The translations under genes and the position numbers were made by a program. This document shows, piece after piece, positions 40,940-51,250 of a stretch of DNA of 64,000 nucleotides. This stretch comes from a virus. Taxonomy: Duplodnaviria > Caudoviricetes. A model generated the notes under the pieces. The model was not told the origin of the DNA. It was given only the letters and a program-made list of their open reading frames with translations, and searched no databases. Each line of letters starts with the position of its first letter. The first letter of the stretch is position 1. Where the stretch lies: the IMG/VR virus record IMGVR_UViG_3300020388_000010. One strand, 5' to 3'.

Positions 40940-42570
40940 AAAATCAATATCTTGGAAATCCTAATTTAAAGAAAGCATTTGTAAGTCAAGAGTTTACAAA
41001 AGAAAATATTCTTGAGTTTCAAAAATGTATGAATGACCCACAGTATTTTATAGAAACATATATTAAAATTGTATCATTAGACAAAGGTCTGATACCATTT
41101 GATATGTATCCTTTTCAAAAAGAAATGGTTGGTACATTTCACAACAATCGTTTTACAATCTGTAAACTACCTAGACAATCTGGTAAAACAACCACAATGG
41201 TTTCGTATATATTACATTATGTTTTGTTCAATCAAAATATGAATGTAGCAATACTTGCAAACAAAGCTGCAACTGCAAGAGATATTTTATCCAGATTACA
41301 ACTTGCATATGAACATTTACCTAAATGGTTGCAACAAGGAATACTATCGTGGAACAAAGGTAGTTTAGAATTAGAGAATGGTTCACGCATAGTTGCAGCC
41401 TCAACTTCATCAAGTGCAGTTCGTGGTGGTTCATACAATATGATATTTTTAGATGAGTTTGCGTTTGTACCTACAAATATTGCAGAAGAGTTTTTTAGTT
41501 CAGTTTATCCTACTATATCATCTGGTCAATCTACAAAAGTGATTATTGTATCAACACCAAACGGTATGAATATGTATTATAAATTATGGACAGATGCAGA
41601 AACAAAAAAGAATACTTATGTACCCATAGAAGTTCATTGGTCTGAAGTTCCAGGCAGAGATGAAAAGTGGAAGAAAGAAACGATTGCAAATACAAGTGAA
41701 TCACAATTTCAAAAAGAATTTGAGTGTGAGTTTTTAGGTTCTACAAATACATTAATAAATGCATCTATAATAAAAAATATTCCTTTAAGAACGCCTTTAA
41801 CATCTAATGCTGGTCTTGATGTATATGAAAAACCTAAAAAAGGACACACATATGTTATTGTTGCAGATGTAGCTAGAGGTATACAAGGCGATTCTTCTGC
41901 GTTTACTGTTATGGATGTATCTCAATTACCATATAGATTAGTAGGTAAATATAAAAATAATGAAATAAAGCCTATGTTATTTCCAAACATTATCAAAGAT
42001 GTTGCACTTGCATACAATCAAGCATTTGTATTAATAGAAGTAAATGACATTGGTGACCAAGTTGCAAATTCTTTACAATTTGACTTAGAGTATGATAATC
42101 TTATAATGGCAAGTATGAGAGGTCGTGCTGGTCAGATAGTTGGTGGTGGTTTTAGTGGTGGTAAATCACAACTTGGTGTGAGAACAACTAAGGCAGTAAA
42201 AAAAATTGGTTGTTCTAATCTAAAAACAATGGTAGAGTCTAATAAGATTATATTAGAAGATTATGATATAGTTGCAGAGATGTCTTCATTTGTTCTTCAC
42301 GGACAGTCATATCAGGCAGAAGAAGGACACCACGATGATTTAATGATGTGTTGTGTATTATTTGCGTGGTTATCTGGTCAAACTTATTTTAAAGAACTTA
42401 CTGATAGTGATGTTAGAGCTAAATTGTTTGCAGAAAGTCAAAATCAGTTAGAACAAGACCTTGCACCATTTGGATTCTTAGATAATGGTATTGATGACCC
42501 TATACCACAAATAGATGAATATGGTGAAAGATGGACTCCAGTTGTTAGGAAGTATGATACAAATTGGTAA
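40930..42570 (+). CDS. gp17: Terminase large subunit
   Basis: YLGNPNLK, PRQSGKTT (Walker A), IFLDEFAF (Walker B), STPNG, DVARG, HDDL. Confidence 0.97.
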   Translation: MGIENQYLGNPNLKKAFVSQEFTKENILEFQKCMNDPQYFIETYIKIVSLDKGLIPFDMYPFQKEMVGTFHNNRFTICKLPRQSGKTTTMVSYILHYVLFNQNMNVAILANKAATARDILSRLQLAYEHLPKWLQQGILSWNKGSLELENGSRIVAASTSSSAVRGGSYNMIFLDEFAFVPTNIAEEFFSSVYPTISSGQSTKVIIVSTPNGMNMYYKLWTDAETKKNTYVPIEVHWSEVPGRDEKWKKETIANTSESQFQKEFECEFLGSTNTLINASIIKNIPLRTPLTSNAGLDVYEKPKKGHTYVIVADVARGIQGDSSAFTVMDVSQLPYRLVGKYKNNEIKPMLFPNIIKDVALAYNQAFVLIEVNDIGDQVANSLQFDLEYDNLIMASMRGRAGQIVGGGFSGGKSQLGVRTTKAVKKIGCSNLKTMVESNKIILEDYDIVAEMSSFVLHGQSYQAEEGHHDDLMMCCVLFAWLSGQTYFKELTDSDVRAKLFAESQNQLEQDLAPFGFLDNGIDDPIPQIDEYGERWTPVVRKYDTNW

Positions 42571-42871
42571 ATGCATCTTCATCAATTAAATCATTATCTT
42601 TTTTTAAAAAACAATTATGACAAACTATTACATTGTTGTCTATATGTTCTAATAACAATTTTCTAGTATCTTTTTTTAAACTTTTCTTTTTAGAATCTGC
42701 ACGAATCTTTCTATCATCTGGATAAAATTTTAATACCACTATTTCAGACTCACCACAATATTTACAAGACTTATCTCTTAATTGTTCATTAATCCACTTA
42801 TCTTTTAGTCTACGGTGTCTTCTTGCAACTTTTCGTATGGTATTACGGTATTTTTGATAATGTTCACTCAT
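42545..42871 (-). CDS. Degenerate HNH-like zinc-binding protein
   Basis: CKYCGE...VCHNC spacing of phage HNH proteins; start placed at MSEHY. Confidence 0.6.
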   Translation of the reverse strand: MSEHYQKYRNTIRKVARRHRRLKDKWINEQLRDKSCKYCGESEIVVLKFYPDDRKIRADSKKKSLKKDTRKLLLEHIDNNVIVCHNCFLKKDNDLIDEDAFTNLYHTS

Positions 42872-42920
42872 ATTTATATTTAGACTTGGTATAAAAACAA
42901 ACATACAAAAAACGATTTTT

Positions 42921-42928
42921 TATAAATA
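42921..42928 (+). promoter_or_regulatory. T4-type late promoter TATAAATA
   Basis: Exact consensus before gp18. Confidence 0.85.
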
Positions 42929-42970
42929 TAGTTGTAGTAGATTAACTAAACTAATATAAGGAGTAGAAAT

Positions 42971-44983
42971 ATGGGATTTCAAGTTTCTCCAGGCGTAGAA
43001 GTCAAAGAAGTTGACCTAACGAATATCGTTCCTGCTGTTTCTACAACTATTGGTGCTGTTTGTGGCCCCTTTGAAAAAGGGCCAGTAAGTGAAATAACAA
43101 GTATCAGTTCAGAAAAACAACTCGTTGAAGTATTTGGTAAACCAAATGCAAACAATTTTGAGTATTTTTTCACAGCTGCAAACTTTTTACAGTATTCAAA
43201 TTCACTAAGAGTTGTAAGAACTGAAAGTACATTGAAAAATGCATCTTCTGGTGGTTCTGGTATTTTAATCAGAAACACTTTGCATTATCAAGAGGCTTTC
43301 GCAGACGGACAAGGTACTCACGGTACTTGGTCAGCAAGAACGGCTGGTATTCACGCAAACGGAATTAAAATAGACATTTGTGATAAAAACAATTTTTCAG
43401 AAATGTCAAACAAACAAACTAATGATGCCAGTGCAAGTGCTGGTGATACAACAATTACAATGGATGCTATTGATGCTACTGATTTTGCAGTAGGTGAAGT
43501 TATAGAATTTTATTCAAACGCTGGTGGTACAGTTTTCGCTGTAGGACACGAAGCACAAAAATATGAAATTACAGCAACAGATACATCTGGTGAAACAATT
43601 ACAATCAGACAATTAGATGACCCTGCTGCAAGTGGATTAATCGCAGATTTAGCAGACGATTCTTATGTAAAAAGATACTGGAGATTTGCAGATTTATTTG
43701 ATACTGCTCCAGGCACATCTGAATTTGCAACTGCAAGAGGTGTTCTTGATGATGAAATACACATAGTTGTATATGATTCATCTGGAAGACAAACTGGTTT
43801 TGATAACGATGTTGCTGGTGAGAGATTAAACTCTATACTAGAAACATTTGCTTTTGTATCAAAACACCCAGAAGCAACTACACCTCAAGGTAATTCAAAT
43901 TATTATCCAGATGTAGTTTATAGGGATTCTAAATTTGTTTATTGGGGAGACCACCCAACTGCAGCTATTGATGCATCTGGTGACTGGGGTCAACCTCTTT
44001 CATCTGATTTATCAGTACAAGGTTCAAGTGCTTTTAATAAATTTACAACTGGTGTAGAAAATGTAGATAGGTCTACACTTGCAAATGGAACAGACGATTA
44101 TGCTGTTACAGATGGTGAACAACTTACTGCATACGGAAGATTTGATGACGGTGAAGCAGTTGATGTAAATCTAATTATGGCTGCAAAGGCAAGTTCAACT
44201 CTTGCAACAAACTTAATCACTATTGTTGAGAAAAGAAAAGATGCATTAGTCTTTATTTCTCCAGAAAGAGCTGATGTTGTAGGTGCTGCCGATTCTAATA
44301 CACAAACTACAAATGTCAAGAACTTTTTTGATTTACTTCCAAGTACATCATTTGCAGTTTTTGATAGTGGTTACAAATACCAATATGATAGATTTAACGA
44401 TGTATATCGTTATGTACCATTAAATGGTGATATTGCTGGTGTAACTGCATATACTGAATCTGTTGCAGATGCGTTTTTCTCACCTGCTGGTTTTACTAGA
44501 GGTCAAATTAGAGGTGCAGTTAAACTTGCATACGAACCTAATAAAGACCAAAGAGATACATTATATAAAGCAAGAATTAATCCAGTTAACTCATTTCCTG
44601 GCCAAGGTACTGTGTTATTTGGTGATAAGACTGCTCTTGCAAAACCAAGTGCATTTGATAGAATTAATGTTAGAAGACTATTCATTATTCTTGAAAAAGC
44701 AATCGCTACTGCAGCTAAGTTCCAACTATTTGAGTTCAATGATGAATTCACAAGAGCTCAGTTTAAAAACTTAGTAGAACCTTTCTTGAGAGAAATTCAA
44801 GGACGAAGAGGTATTACTGACTTTAAAGTAGTTTCAGACGAATCTAATAACACTGGTGAAGTAATTGATAGAAACGAATTTATTGCTGACATTTTTGTCA
44901 AGCCAACAAGGTCTATCAACTTTATCACTCTTAACTTTGTCGCTGTAAGAACTGGTGTTGCGTTTACAGAGATAGGAGGGTAA
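42971..44983 (+). CDS. gp18: Tail sheath protein
   Basis: SPGV.V.EVDLT, FSPAG..RG, FGDKT, FDRINVRRLF, FEFNDE.TR. Confidence 0.97.
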   Translation: MGFQVSPGVEVKEVDLTNIVPAVSTTIGAVCGPFEKGPVSEITSISSEKQLVEVFGKPNANNFEYFFTAANFLQYSNSLRVVRTESTLKNASSGGSGILIRNTLHYQEAFADGQGTHGTWSARTAGIHANGIKIDICDKNNFSEMSNKQTNDASASAGDTTITMDAIDATDFAVGEVIEFYSNAGGTVFAVGHEAQKYEITATDTSGETITIRQLDDPAASGLIADLADDSYVKRYWRFADLFDTAPGTSEFATARGVLDDEIHIVVYDSSGRQTGFDNDVAGERLNSILETFAFVSKHPEATTPQGNSNYYPDVVYRDSKFVYWGDHPTAAIDASGDWGQPLSSDLSVQGSSAFNKFTTGVENVDRSTLANGTDDYAVTDGEQLTAYGRFDDGEAVDVNLIMAAKASSTLATNLITIVEKRKDALVFISPERADVVGAADSNTQTTNVKNFFDLLPSTSFAVFDSGYKYQYDRFNDVYRYVPLNGDIAGVTAYTESVADAFFSPAGFTRGQIRGAVKLAYEPNKDQRDTLYKARINPVNSFPGQGTVLFGDKTALAKPSAFDRINVRRLFIILEKAIATAAKFQLFEFNDEFTRAQFKNLVEPFLREIQGRRGITDFKVVSDESNNTGEVIDRNEFIADIFVKPTRSINFITLNFVAVRTGVAFTEIGG

Positions 44984-44987
44984 TTAG

Positions 44988-45521
44988 ATGGCAAATATTA
45001 ATGACTTTAAATCAAGACTTGCTGGTGGTGGTGCTCGTGCCAATCAGTTTAGGGTAATATTACCTCCCCCAGTCGGACAAGTAACTGCAGCTATCAATAC
45101 TGAACAGTTTGCATTTCTGTGTAGGTCAGCATCTTTGCCTGGTCAAACACTTGCTGAAATTGCAATTCCATTCAGAGGTAGAACTCTTTATGTTGCTGGT
45201 GAAAGAACATTTGAAACTTGGACTACTTCTGTATTTAACGATACAGATTTTGGAGTTCGTAGAGAAGTTGAAAGATGGATGAACGGTATTAATGACTTAG
45301 TTAATAATACTGGTGCAACCAACCCAGCTGATTACAGAGTAGATATGATTGTTCAACAATTAGATAGAGATGATACAATTCTTCATCAATATGTACTTGA
45401 GGGTTGTTTTCCTCAATCATTAGGTGCAATAGAACTTGCATATGATACTAATGATGCTATTGAACAATTTGATATCATTTGGAGATATGACACATTCAGA
45501 GTCACGGGCATTAATTTATAA
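44988..45521 (+). CDS. gp19: Tail tube protein
   Basis: GGGARAN.F, LPG, FRGR....G.RTF..W....ND.DF. Confidence 0.95.
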   Translation: MANINDFKSRLAGGGARANQFRVILPPPVGQVTAAINTEQFAFLCRSASLPGQTLAEIAIPFRGRTLYVAGERTFETWTTSVFNDTDFGVRREVERWMNGINDLVNNTGATNPADYRVDMIVQQLDRDDTILHQYVLEGCFPQSLGAIELAYDTNDAIEQFDIIWRYDTFRVTGINL

Positions 45522-45556
45522 CTCATAAATATAATAATATAAAGGAGTTGTAGATA

Positions 45557-47077
45557 ATGGCTGAGTTTTTTGGTTTTGAAATAAAAAGAAAAGAAAAGGA
45601 GTTGGGGGCAGTAACGCCTCCAGCTACTGATGATGGTACATACGATATATCTGGTGGTGGTTTCTATTCCACAATCCTAGATACAGATGGTCGTTCACGC
45701 ACAGAAGATGATTTAATCCGAAGATATAGAGATATTGCAATACAACCAGAGTGTGATAGTGCAATAGAAGATATCGTAAGTGAAGCAATCGCATCTGATG
45801 AAAGAGATATGTGTGTATCTATCGCATTAGATAATTTACAAGTTTCTACTTCAATTAAAAAAAGAATTAAAGAAGAATTTGAAAAGGTTCTACAATTATT
45901 AGATTTTAATAATAAAGCACACGATATTTTTAGAAGATGGTATGTTGATGGAAGATTATTCTATCACAAAGTTATTGATGCAAAAAATCCCAGAAAGGGT
46001 GTTCAACAACTTCGTTATATTGATCCTAGAAAAATTAAAAAAGTTAGAGAAGTAGAGACTAGTAAAAAAGGTCAAGTTGATGTTGTAAAAAAGTTTAAAG
46101 AGTTTTACATTTATAATCAACAAGGACATCAAGTAAATAATACTTCTACTGGTGTTAAATTAACATTTGATTCAATCGCATATTGTCCATCTGGACTTAT
46201 TGATATGCATAAAGGTACTGTATTATCGTATCTTAATAAAGCAATCAAACCAGTAAATCAATTAAGAATGATTGAGGACTCTGTGGTAATTTACAGAATA
46301 TCAAGAGCCCCAGAAAGAAGAATATTTTATATTGATGTAGGTAATTTACCTAAAATAAAAGCAGAACAATATCTTAAAGATGTTATGAATCGTTATCGTA
46401 ACAAACTAGTATATGATGCATCTACTGGTGAAATTCGTGACGATAGAAATCATATGTCTATGTTAGAGGATTTTTGGTTACCAAGAAGAGAAGGTGGTAG
46501 AGGTACAGAGATTACTACACTGCCTGGTGGTGCAAATCTTGGTGAGATAGATGATATTACATACTTTCAAAGAAAGTTATATCGTTCATTAAATGTTCCT
46601 ATCTCAAGATTAGAAGCAGAACAAAACTTTTCATTAGGTAGGTCAACAGAGATTACAAGAGATGAATTAAAATTTACTAAATTTGTAGGTAAGTTAAGAA
46701 AAAAATTCTCAGTAATCTTTAATGATTTACTTAGAACACAATTAATTCTTACTGGTGTTATTGCAGAAGAGGAATGGAAACAAATGTCTGAACACATACA
46801 GTTTGATTTCTTACAAGATAATAACTTTACAGAATTAAAAAATGCAGAACTACTTAAAGAGAGATTAGAAATGTTATCACAAGTAGAAAACTATGTTGGT
46901 ACATATTTCTCTAAAGAGTGGGTAAAAAAGAATGTATTACACTTAACAGATGACGAAATAGGTGAAATGCAAAAACAAATAGAGGGTGAGGGTGACGATA
47001 ACGAAGAAAATGGCGATAACAACTTTGAACAAAAAGGAGATGGTAATGAGCCAGGAAAAAATAAAATCAATGGTTGA
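45557..47077 (+). CDS. gp20: Portal vertex protein
   Basis: WYVDGR, YRISRAPERRIFYIDVGNLP, EDFWLPRREGGRGTEI. Confidence 0.97.
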   Translation: MAEFFGFEIKRKEKELGAVTPPATDDGTYDISGGGFYSTILDTDGRSRTEDDLIRRYRDIAIQPECDSAIEDIVSEAIASDERDMCVSIALDNLQVSTSIKKRIKEEFEKVLQLLDFNNKAHDIFRRWYVDGRLFYHKVIDAKNPRKGVQQLRYIDPRKIKKVREVETSKKGQVDVVKKFKEFYIYNQQGHQVNNTSTGVKLTFDSIAYCPSGLIDMHKGTVLSYLNKAIKPVNQLRMIEDSVVIYRISRAPERRIFYIDVGNLPKIKAEQYLKDVMNRYRNKLVYDASTGEIRDDRNHMSMLEDFWLPRREGGRGTEITTLPGGANLGEIDDITYFQRKLYRSLNVPISRLEAEQNFSLGRSTEITRDELKFTKFVGKLRKKFSVIFNDLLRTQLILTGVIAEEEWKQMSEHIQFDFLQDNNFTELKNAELLKERLEMLSQVENYVGTYFSKEWVKKNVLHLTDDEIGEMQKQIEGEGDDNEENGDNNFEQKGDGNEPGKNKING

Positions 47078-47231
47078 TAATATAGTTAACGGAAACAATT
47101 TAGAATCAGAATCTGATTTTAAAAACATTATGTCTGATAAGGTTGGAGAAACTTTAGAAAAAGAAAGACAAACTATTTCAAAAGATATGGTAACATCACA
47201 CATACCAGAGGTAGGGGAAGATGAAGTTTGA
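47046..47231 (+). CDS. Small prohead core protein (gp67-like by position)
   Basis: AAGGAG RBS before ATG 47046; overlaps portal 3' end. Confidence 0.55.
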   Translation: MSQEKIKSMVDNIVNGNNLESESDFKNIMSDKVGETLEKERQTISKDMVTSHIPEVGEDEV

Positions 47232-47469
47232 TAGTTTTTATTCTAAAATAGTAGAAAAAGACGAACATAAAAGAAGTAAGGAATACAGAAAACTGACTCC
47301 TAAAATGAAGAAGGCAGTTGATGAAATATTCAATAAAATGGATTCTAACTCCTCAGATTTTATAAATAGTTTTGAGAACAATATTAATTTAGTTTCTAAG
47401 AAACACAAAGTAACAAACAATGAATTGATGAGTTACTTTGAAAGAGAAATGTTAACAATAGGAAAGTAA
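47221..47469 (+). CDS. Hypothetical protein in head cluster
   Basis: ORF with RBS between portal and protease. Confidence 0.6.
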   Translation: MKFDSFYSKIVEKDEHKRSKEYRKLTPKMKKAVDEIFNKMDSNSSDFINSFENNINLVSKKHKVTNNELMSYFEREMLTIGK

Positions 47470-47470
47470 A

Positions 47471-47857
47471 ATGGCTTTTACAGTAAGAAATCTTAAAGAT
47501 ACAGATTTTGAAACGGTGGTTCATATTACAATTACTGGGACAAATGGTACTGCAGCTCAAGTTGTAGATGCATCTAATCTTGCTGGGGCTTCAACAAATC
47601 CTAGACTTGCGATTGTTTCTTGCACTTGGAGTGTAAGTTCAACTACTGAAATAGAGTTTCACGCAGATGCACCAGTAACTGCACTTACATTAAATGGTAA
47701 TGGTAATTATAATATTGGTAGTCAACAACTACCACCAATTACAAATAATGGTGGAACTGGTGTAGATGGTGATATTGATATGGAAAACGATGCAGCTTGT
47801 GTTGGTTTTGTTATTTTAAAGTTAAGAAAAGTTTCTGGTTATAATAACCTATCATAA
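47471..47857 (+). CDS. Hypothetical beta-rich protein, possibly virion-associated
   Basis: TATAAATA at 47361-47368 upstream; located in head cluster. Confidence 0.6.
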   Translation: MAFTVRNLKDTDFETVVHITITGTNGTAAQVVDASNLAGASTNPRLAIVSCTWSVSSTTEIEFHADAPVTALTLNGNGNYNIGSQQLPPITNNGGTGVDGDIDMENDAACVGFVILKLRKVSGYNNLS

Positions 47858-47867
47858 GGAAAGATGA

Positions 47868-48515
47868 ATGAAATTAATATCTGAAGCACTTGAAAATGTA
47901 AAATTTCTTACTGAAGAAGACGATAAAGGTAGCAAAAATTACAAAATTCAAGGTGTATTTATGCAAGGTAACATAAAGAACCGTAATGGTAGAGTATATC
48001 CAACAGATGTTTTGGAAAATGAAGTAAAAAGATACTCTGAAAAATTCATTGAAAAAAATCGTGCATATGGTGAACTTGGACACCCAGAAGGCCCAACGGT
48101 AAATCTGGATAGAGTTTCACATATGGTAACTTCTTTACAAAGAGATGGAGATGATTTTATAGGTGAAGCAAAAATTATGAACACACCAATGGGTAAGATT
48201 GTAAAAAATATCATAGATGAAGGTGGCACACTTGGTGTTTCTTCTAGAGGTATGGGTAGTCTTGAACAAAAAAACGGTGCAAATTATGTGAAAAAAGATT
48301 TTATGTTGGCAGCTGCTGCTGATATAGTTGCAGACCCCTCTGCACCTAAAGCTTTCGTAAACGGAATTATGGAAGGTAAGGAATGGGTTTGGAATAATGG
48401 ACTTCTAAAAGAAGTTGAAATAAGTGACATAGTTGAAACTATAGAGAGTTCTGTGCGTAAAAAACTTCCAAATGTGGAAGCTCTTGCGTTTGCAAAATTT
48501 CTTAAAAAGTTATAA
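47868..48515 (+). CDS. gp21: Prohead protease
   Basis: NRNGRVYP, GELGHP, LGVSSRG.GS, D.VADPSAP.AFV. Confidence 0.96.
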   Translation: MKLISEALENVKFLTEEDDKGSKNYKIQGVFMQGNIKNRNGRVYPTDVLENEVKRYSEKFIEKNRAYGELGHPEGPTVNLDRVSHMVTSLQRDGDDFIGEAKIMNTPMGKIVKNIIDEGGTLGVSSRGMGSLEQKNGANYVKKDFMLAAAADIVADPSAPKAFVNGIMEGKEWVWNNGLLKEVEISDIVETIESSVRKKLPNVEALAFAKFLKKL

Positions 48516-48518
48516 AAC

Positions 48519-48526
48519 TATAAATA
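48519..48526 (+). promoter_or_regulatory. T4-type late promoter TATAAATA
   Basis: Exact consensus before gp22. Confidence 0.85.
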
Positions 48527-48557
48527 ATAATGATAATTAAAACAAGGAGAACCTTCA

Positions 48558-49805
48558 ATGTCAGAACTAGATAAGACTATTGAGGAGTTGGAAAAAGAAG
48601 TCGTAGCGGAACTAGATGAAGCCAACGGCAAAAAACCTAATTCTACTGGTGGTAAGGCAGACCCTATGCCAAAAATGAAAGATGGTGAAAAACCAGAAGA
48701 TGTAGGTGGCCCAACGCCCGAAAAAGATGCGAATATGGTTGGAAAACCAGACGCCGCAAAAAAAGTTAAAAAGGACACTTCTGCACCCACTAAAGGTGCT
48801 GTTCCTCCAGAAAAGGCAGATACTATTAAAGAAGCCGAACACGAGGACGATGAAGAACCTAAAATGAAAAAAGATGATGAAGAAGAAGATGATGATGACG
48901 ATATGGACGAACAAATATCTAAATTATCTAAACTTTCTAAAACTGAACTCGTTAATCAATATACCAAAGGTATGACTAAATCTGCACTTGCAAAAGGTAT
49001 CGTAGAGTACGGTAATGGTATGAAAAATGCTATGAAAATGCACGGTAAAGATGACGAAAAGAAAAAGAAAATGCCTGAAAGTGTTGATGTCAGAAAAGAT
49101 GTTGATGCACTTTTAGAAGGTGAAGATTTTTCTGATGAGTTTAAAACTAAAGCTGAAACAATATTTGAAGCTGCAGTATCATCTAGAATTTCTGAAGTTA
49201 AAGAAACTTTAGAAGAACAAAAAACTCAAGCTATTGAAGAAGCAAAAGAAGATATGGTTGACAAAATTGACTCATATCTAACTTATGTTACTGAAGAGTG
49301 GAAGAAAGAAAACCAACTTGCTATTGAAAGAGGTCTAAAGGGAGAAATCGCTGAAGACTTTATTACTGGTCTTAAATCTTTATTTGAAGACCACTATATT
49401 GATGTTCCAAACGAAAAATATGACATTCTTGAAGCACAGACTAAAGAAATTGAGGAACTAAAAGCAAAGGTAAACGATTTAATGGAACAAGATAAATCAG
49501 CTAAGAATAAAGTTGGTGAACTTGTTCGTGAATCATTAATTTCTGAAGTATCAAAAGATTTAGCAGAAACAGAAAAAGAAAAATTTAATTCTTTGACTGC
49601 TGATGTTGAATTTTCTGATGAAGAATCTTTTAAAGAAAAACTATCTACTTTGAAAGAATCATACTTCCCTTCAGAGAAAAAAGTTGAAGAAGTATTATCT
49701 GAAGACGCTGAAAGTCCTAAGACTATTGAAGCAAACTCAGATATAATGGCGGCATATACGGCTGCAATTAACAAAACCCATAAAAGGGCAGTAAATAAAT
49801 CGTAA
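48558..49805 (+). CDS. gp22: Prohead core scaffold protein
   Basis: KAETIFEAAV, YL.YV..EW..EN.LAIE.G, LFEDHYI.VP. Confidence 0.92.
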   Translation: MSELDKTIEELEKEVVAELDEANGKKPNSTGGKADPMPKMKDGEKPEDVGGPTPEKDANMVGKPDAAKKVKKDTSAPTKGAVPPEKADTIKEAEHEDDEEPKMKKDDEEEDDDDDMDEQISKLSKLSKTELVNQYTKGMTKSALAKGIVEYGNGMKNAMKMHGKDDEKKKKMPESVDVRKDVDALLEGEDFSDEFKTKAETIFEAAVSSRISEVKETLEEQKTQAIEEAKEDMVDKIDSYLTYVTEEWKKENQLAIERGLKGEIAEDFITGLKSLFEDHYIDVPNEKYDILEAQTKEIEELKAKVNDLMEQDKSAKNKVGELVRESLISEVSKDLAETEKEKFNSLTADVEFSDEESFKEKLSTLKESYFPSEKKVEEVLSEDAESPKTIEANSDIMAAYTAAINKTHKRAVNKS

Positions 49806-49840
49806 TGATAAATATAGTAAATATATAAGGAGAAACTAAG

Positions 49841-51181
49841 ATGTTTCAAACAACACATTTACAAGAGAAGTGGCAGCCCGTTCTAGACCATCCAGATTTA
49901 CCAAAAATCAATGATAGTTATAGAAGAGCCGTCACTACTGTTATTTTAGAAAATCAAGAAAAGGCACTTAGAGAAGATGCTTCTTTCTTGTCAGAATCAG
50001 TTCCTACTAACGCAACTGCAGTTGGTGCTAATCCAATGGCAAATTGGGATCCGATCCTAATTTCATTAGTAAGAAGAGCTATGCCTAATTTGATTGCATA
50101 TGACATTTGTGGTGTGCAACCAATGACTGGCCCAACTGGTTTAATCTTTGCTATGCGTTCAAGATTTGATGACCAGTCTGGTGCAGAAGCACTAGTTGAT
50201 GAAGCAGATGGCGAACATTCTGCTGATAACTCATCATCTTCACTGACAGCTGCACAACAAGGTACTAACCCAAGTGTACTTAATGACTCTCCAGAAGGCG
50301 CTTATACTTTCGCACAAGGTATGACTGCTGCACAAGCAGAAGCATTAGGTGATAGTTCTCAAAACCACTTTGCACAAATGGCTTTCTCTATTGAGAAATC
50401 AACTGTTACTGCAAAGTCTAGAGCACTTAAAGCTGAGTACACAATGGAACTTGCACAAGACTTAAAAGCAATTCACGGTCTTGATGCAGAAACAGAACTT
50501 GCAAACATCCTTTCTGCTGAAATTCTTGCAGAAATCAATAGGGAAGTAGTAAGAAGAATTTACAGAACTGCCGTAGAAGGTGCTGCTGTAAATACAACTA
50601 CTGCTGGTACTTTTGACTTAGATACAGACTCTAACGGTAGATGGTCTGTTGAAAAATTCAAAGGACTAATGTTCCAGATTGAAAGAGATGCAAATGCAAT
50701 CGGTCAAAAAACTCGTAGAGGGAAAGGTAACATCTTACTAGTAAGTGCTGATGTTGCTTCTGCTTTACAAATGGCTGGAATTCTAGATTACCAATCTGCA
50801 TTAAACAACAACCTACAAGTTGATGACACTCAAAACACTTTTGCTGGTGTATTGAATGGTCGTTACAGAGTATATGTTGACCCATACGCTGCAAATGTAG
50901 CTGCAAGTCAATATTATGTTGTTGGATATAAAGGTACTTCACCTTATGATGCTGGTACTTTCTATTGCCCATATGTTCCACTACAAATGGTGAGAGCAGT
51001 TGGTGAGCAAACTTTCCAACCTAAAATCGGTTTCAAAACTAGATACGGTATGATTGATAACCCATTCGCAGTTGACGCTGGTGCGTTAGCTGATAACAAC
51101 GATGCTGGTTCTTCAAATACTGCATTTACTAAAGAAACTAACCAATATTACAGAAGAGTTAAAGTTTCTAACTTAATGTAA
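49841..51181 (+). CDS. gp23: Major capsid protein
   Basis: GVQPMTGPTGLIFAMR, SRALKAEYT.ELAQDLKAIHGLDAE.EL, FQPKIGFKTRYG. Confidence 0.98.
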   Translation: MFQTTHLQEKWQPVLDHPDLPKINDSYRRAVTTVILENQEKALREDASFLSESVPTNATAVGANPMANWDPILISLVRRAMPNLIAYDICGVQPMTGPTGLIFAMRSRFDDQSGAEALVDEADGEHSADNSSSSLTAAQQGTNPSVLNDSPEGAYTFAQGMTAAQAEALGDSSQNHFAQMAFSIEKSTVTAKSRALKAEYTMELAQDLKAIHGLDAETELANILSAEILAEINREVVRRIYRTAVEGAAVNTTTAGTFDLDTDSNGRWSVEKFKGLMFQIERDANAIGQKTRRGKGNILLVSADVASALQMAGILDYQSALNNNLQVDDTQNTFAGVLNGRYRVYVDPYAANVAASQYYVVGYKGTSPYDAGTFYCPYVPLQMVRAVGEQTFQPKIGFKTRYGMIDNPFAVDAGALADNNDAGSSNTAFTKETNQYYRRVKVSNLM

Positions 51182-51203
51182 TAACTACAATCTACCACAC
51201 CAC

Positions 51204-51234
51204 AAAAAAGGGGAGTTCGCTCCCCTTTTTTTTT
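51204..51234 (+). terminator. Rho-independent terminator (potentially bidirectional)
   Basis: AAAAAAGGGGAG-TTCG-CTCCCCTTTTTTTTT after gp23. Confidence 0.92.
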
Positions 51235-51237
51235 GAT

Positions 51238-51245
51238 TATAAATA
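51238..51245 (+). promoter_or_regulatory. T4-type late promoter TATAAATA
   Basis: Exact consensus immediately after the terminator, 5 nt before the gp3 ATG. Confidence 0.8.
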
Positions 51246-51250
51246 ATAGT

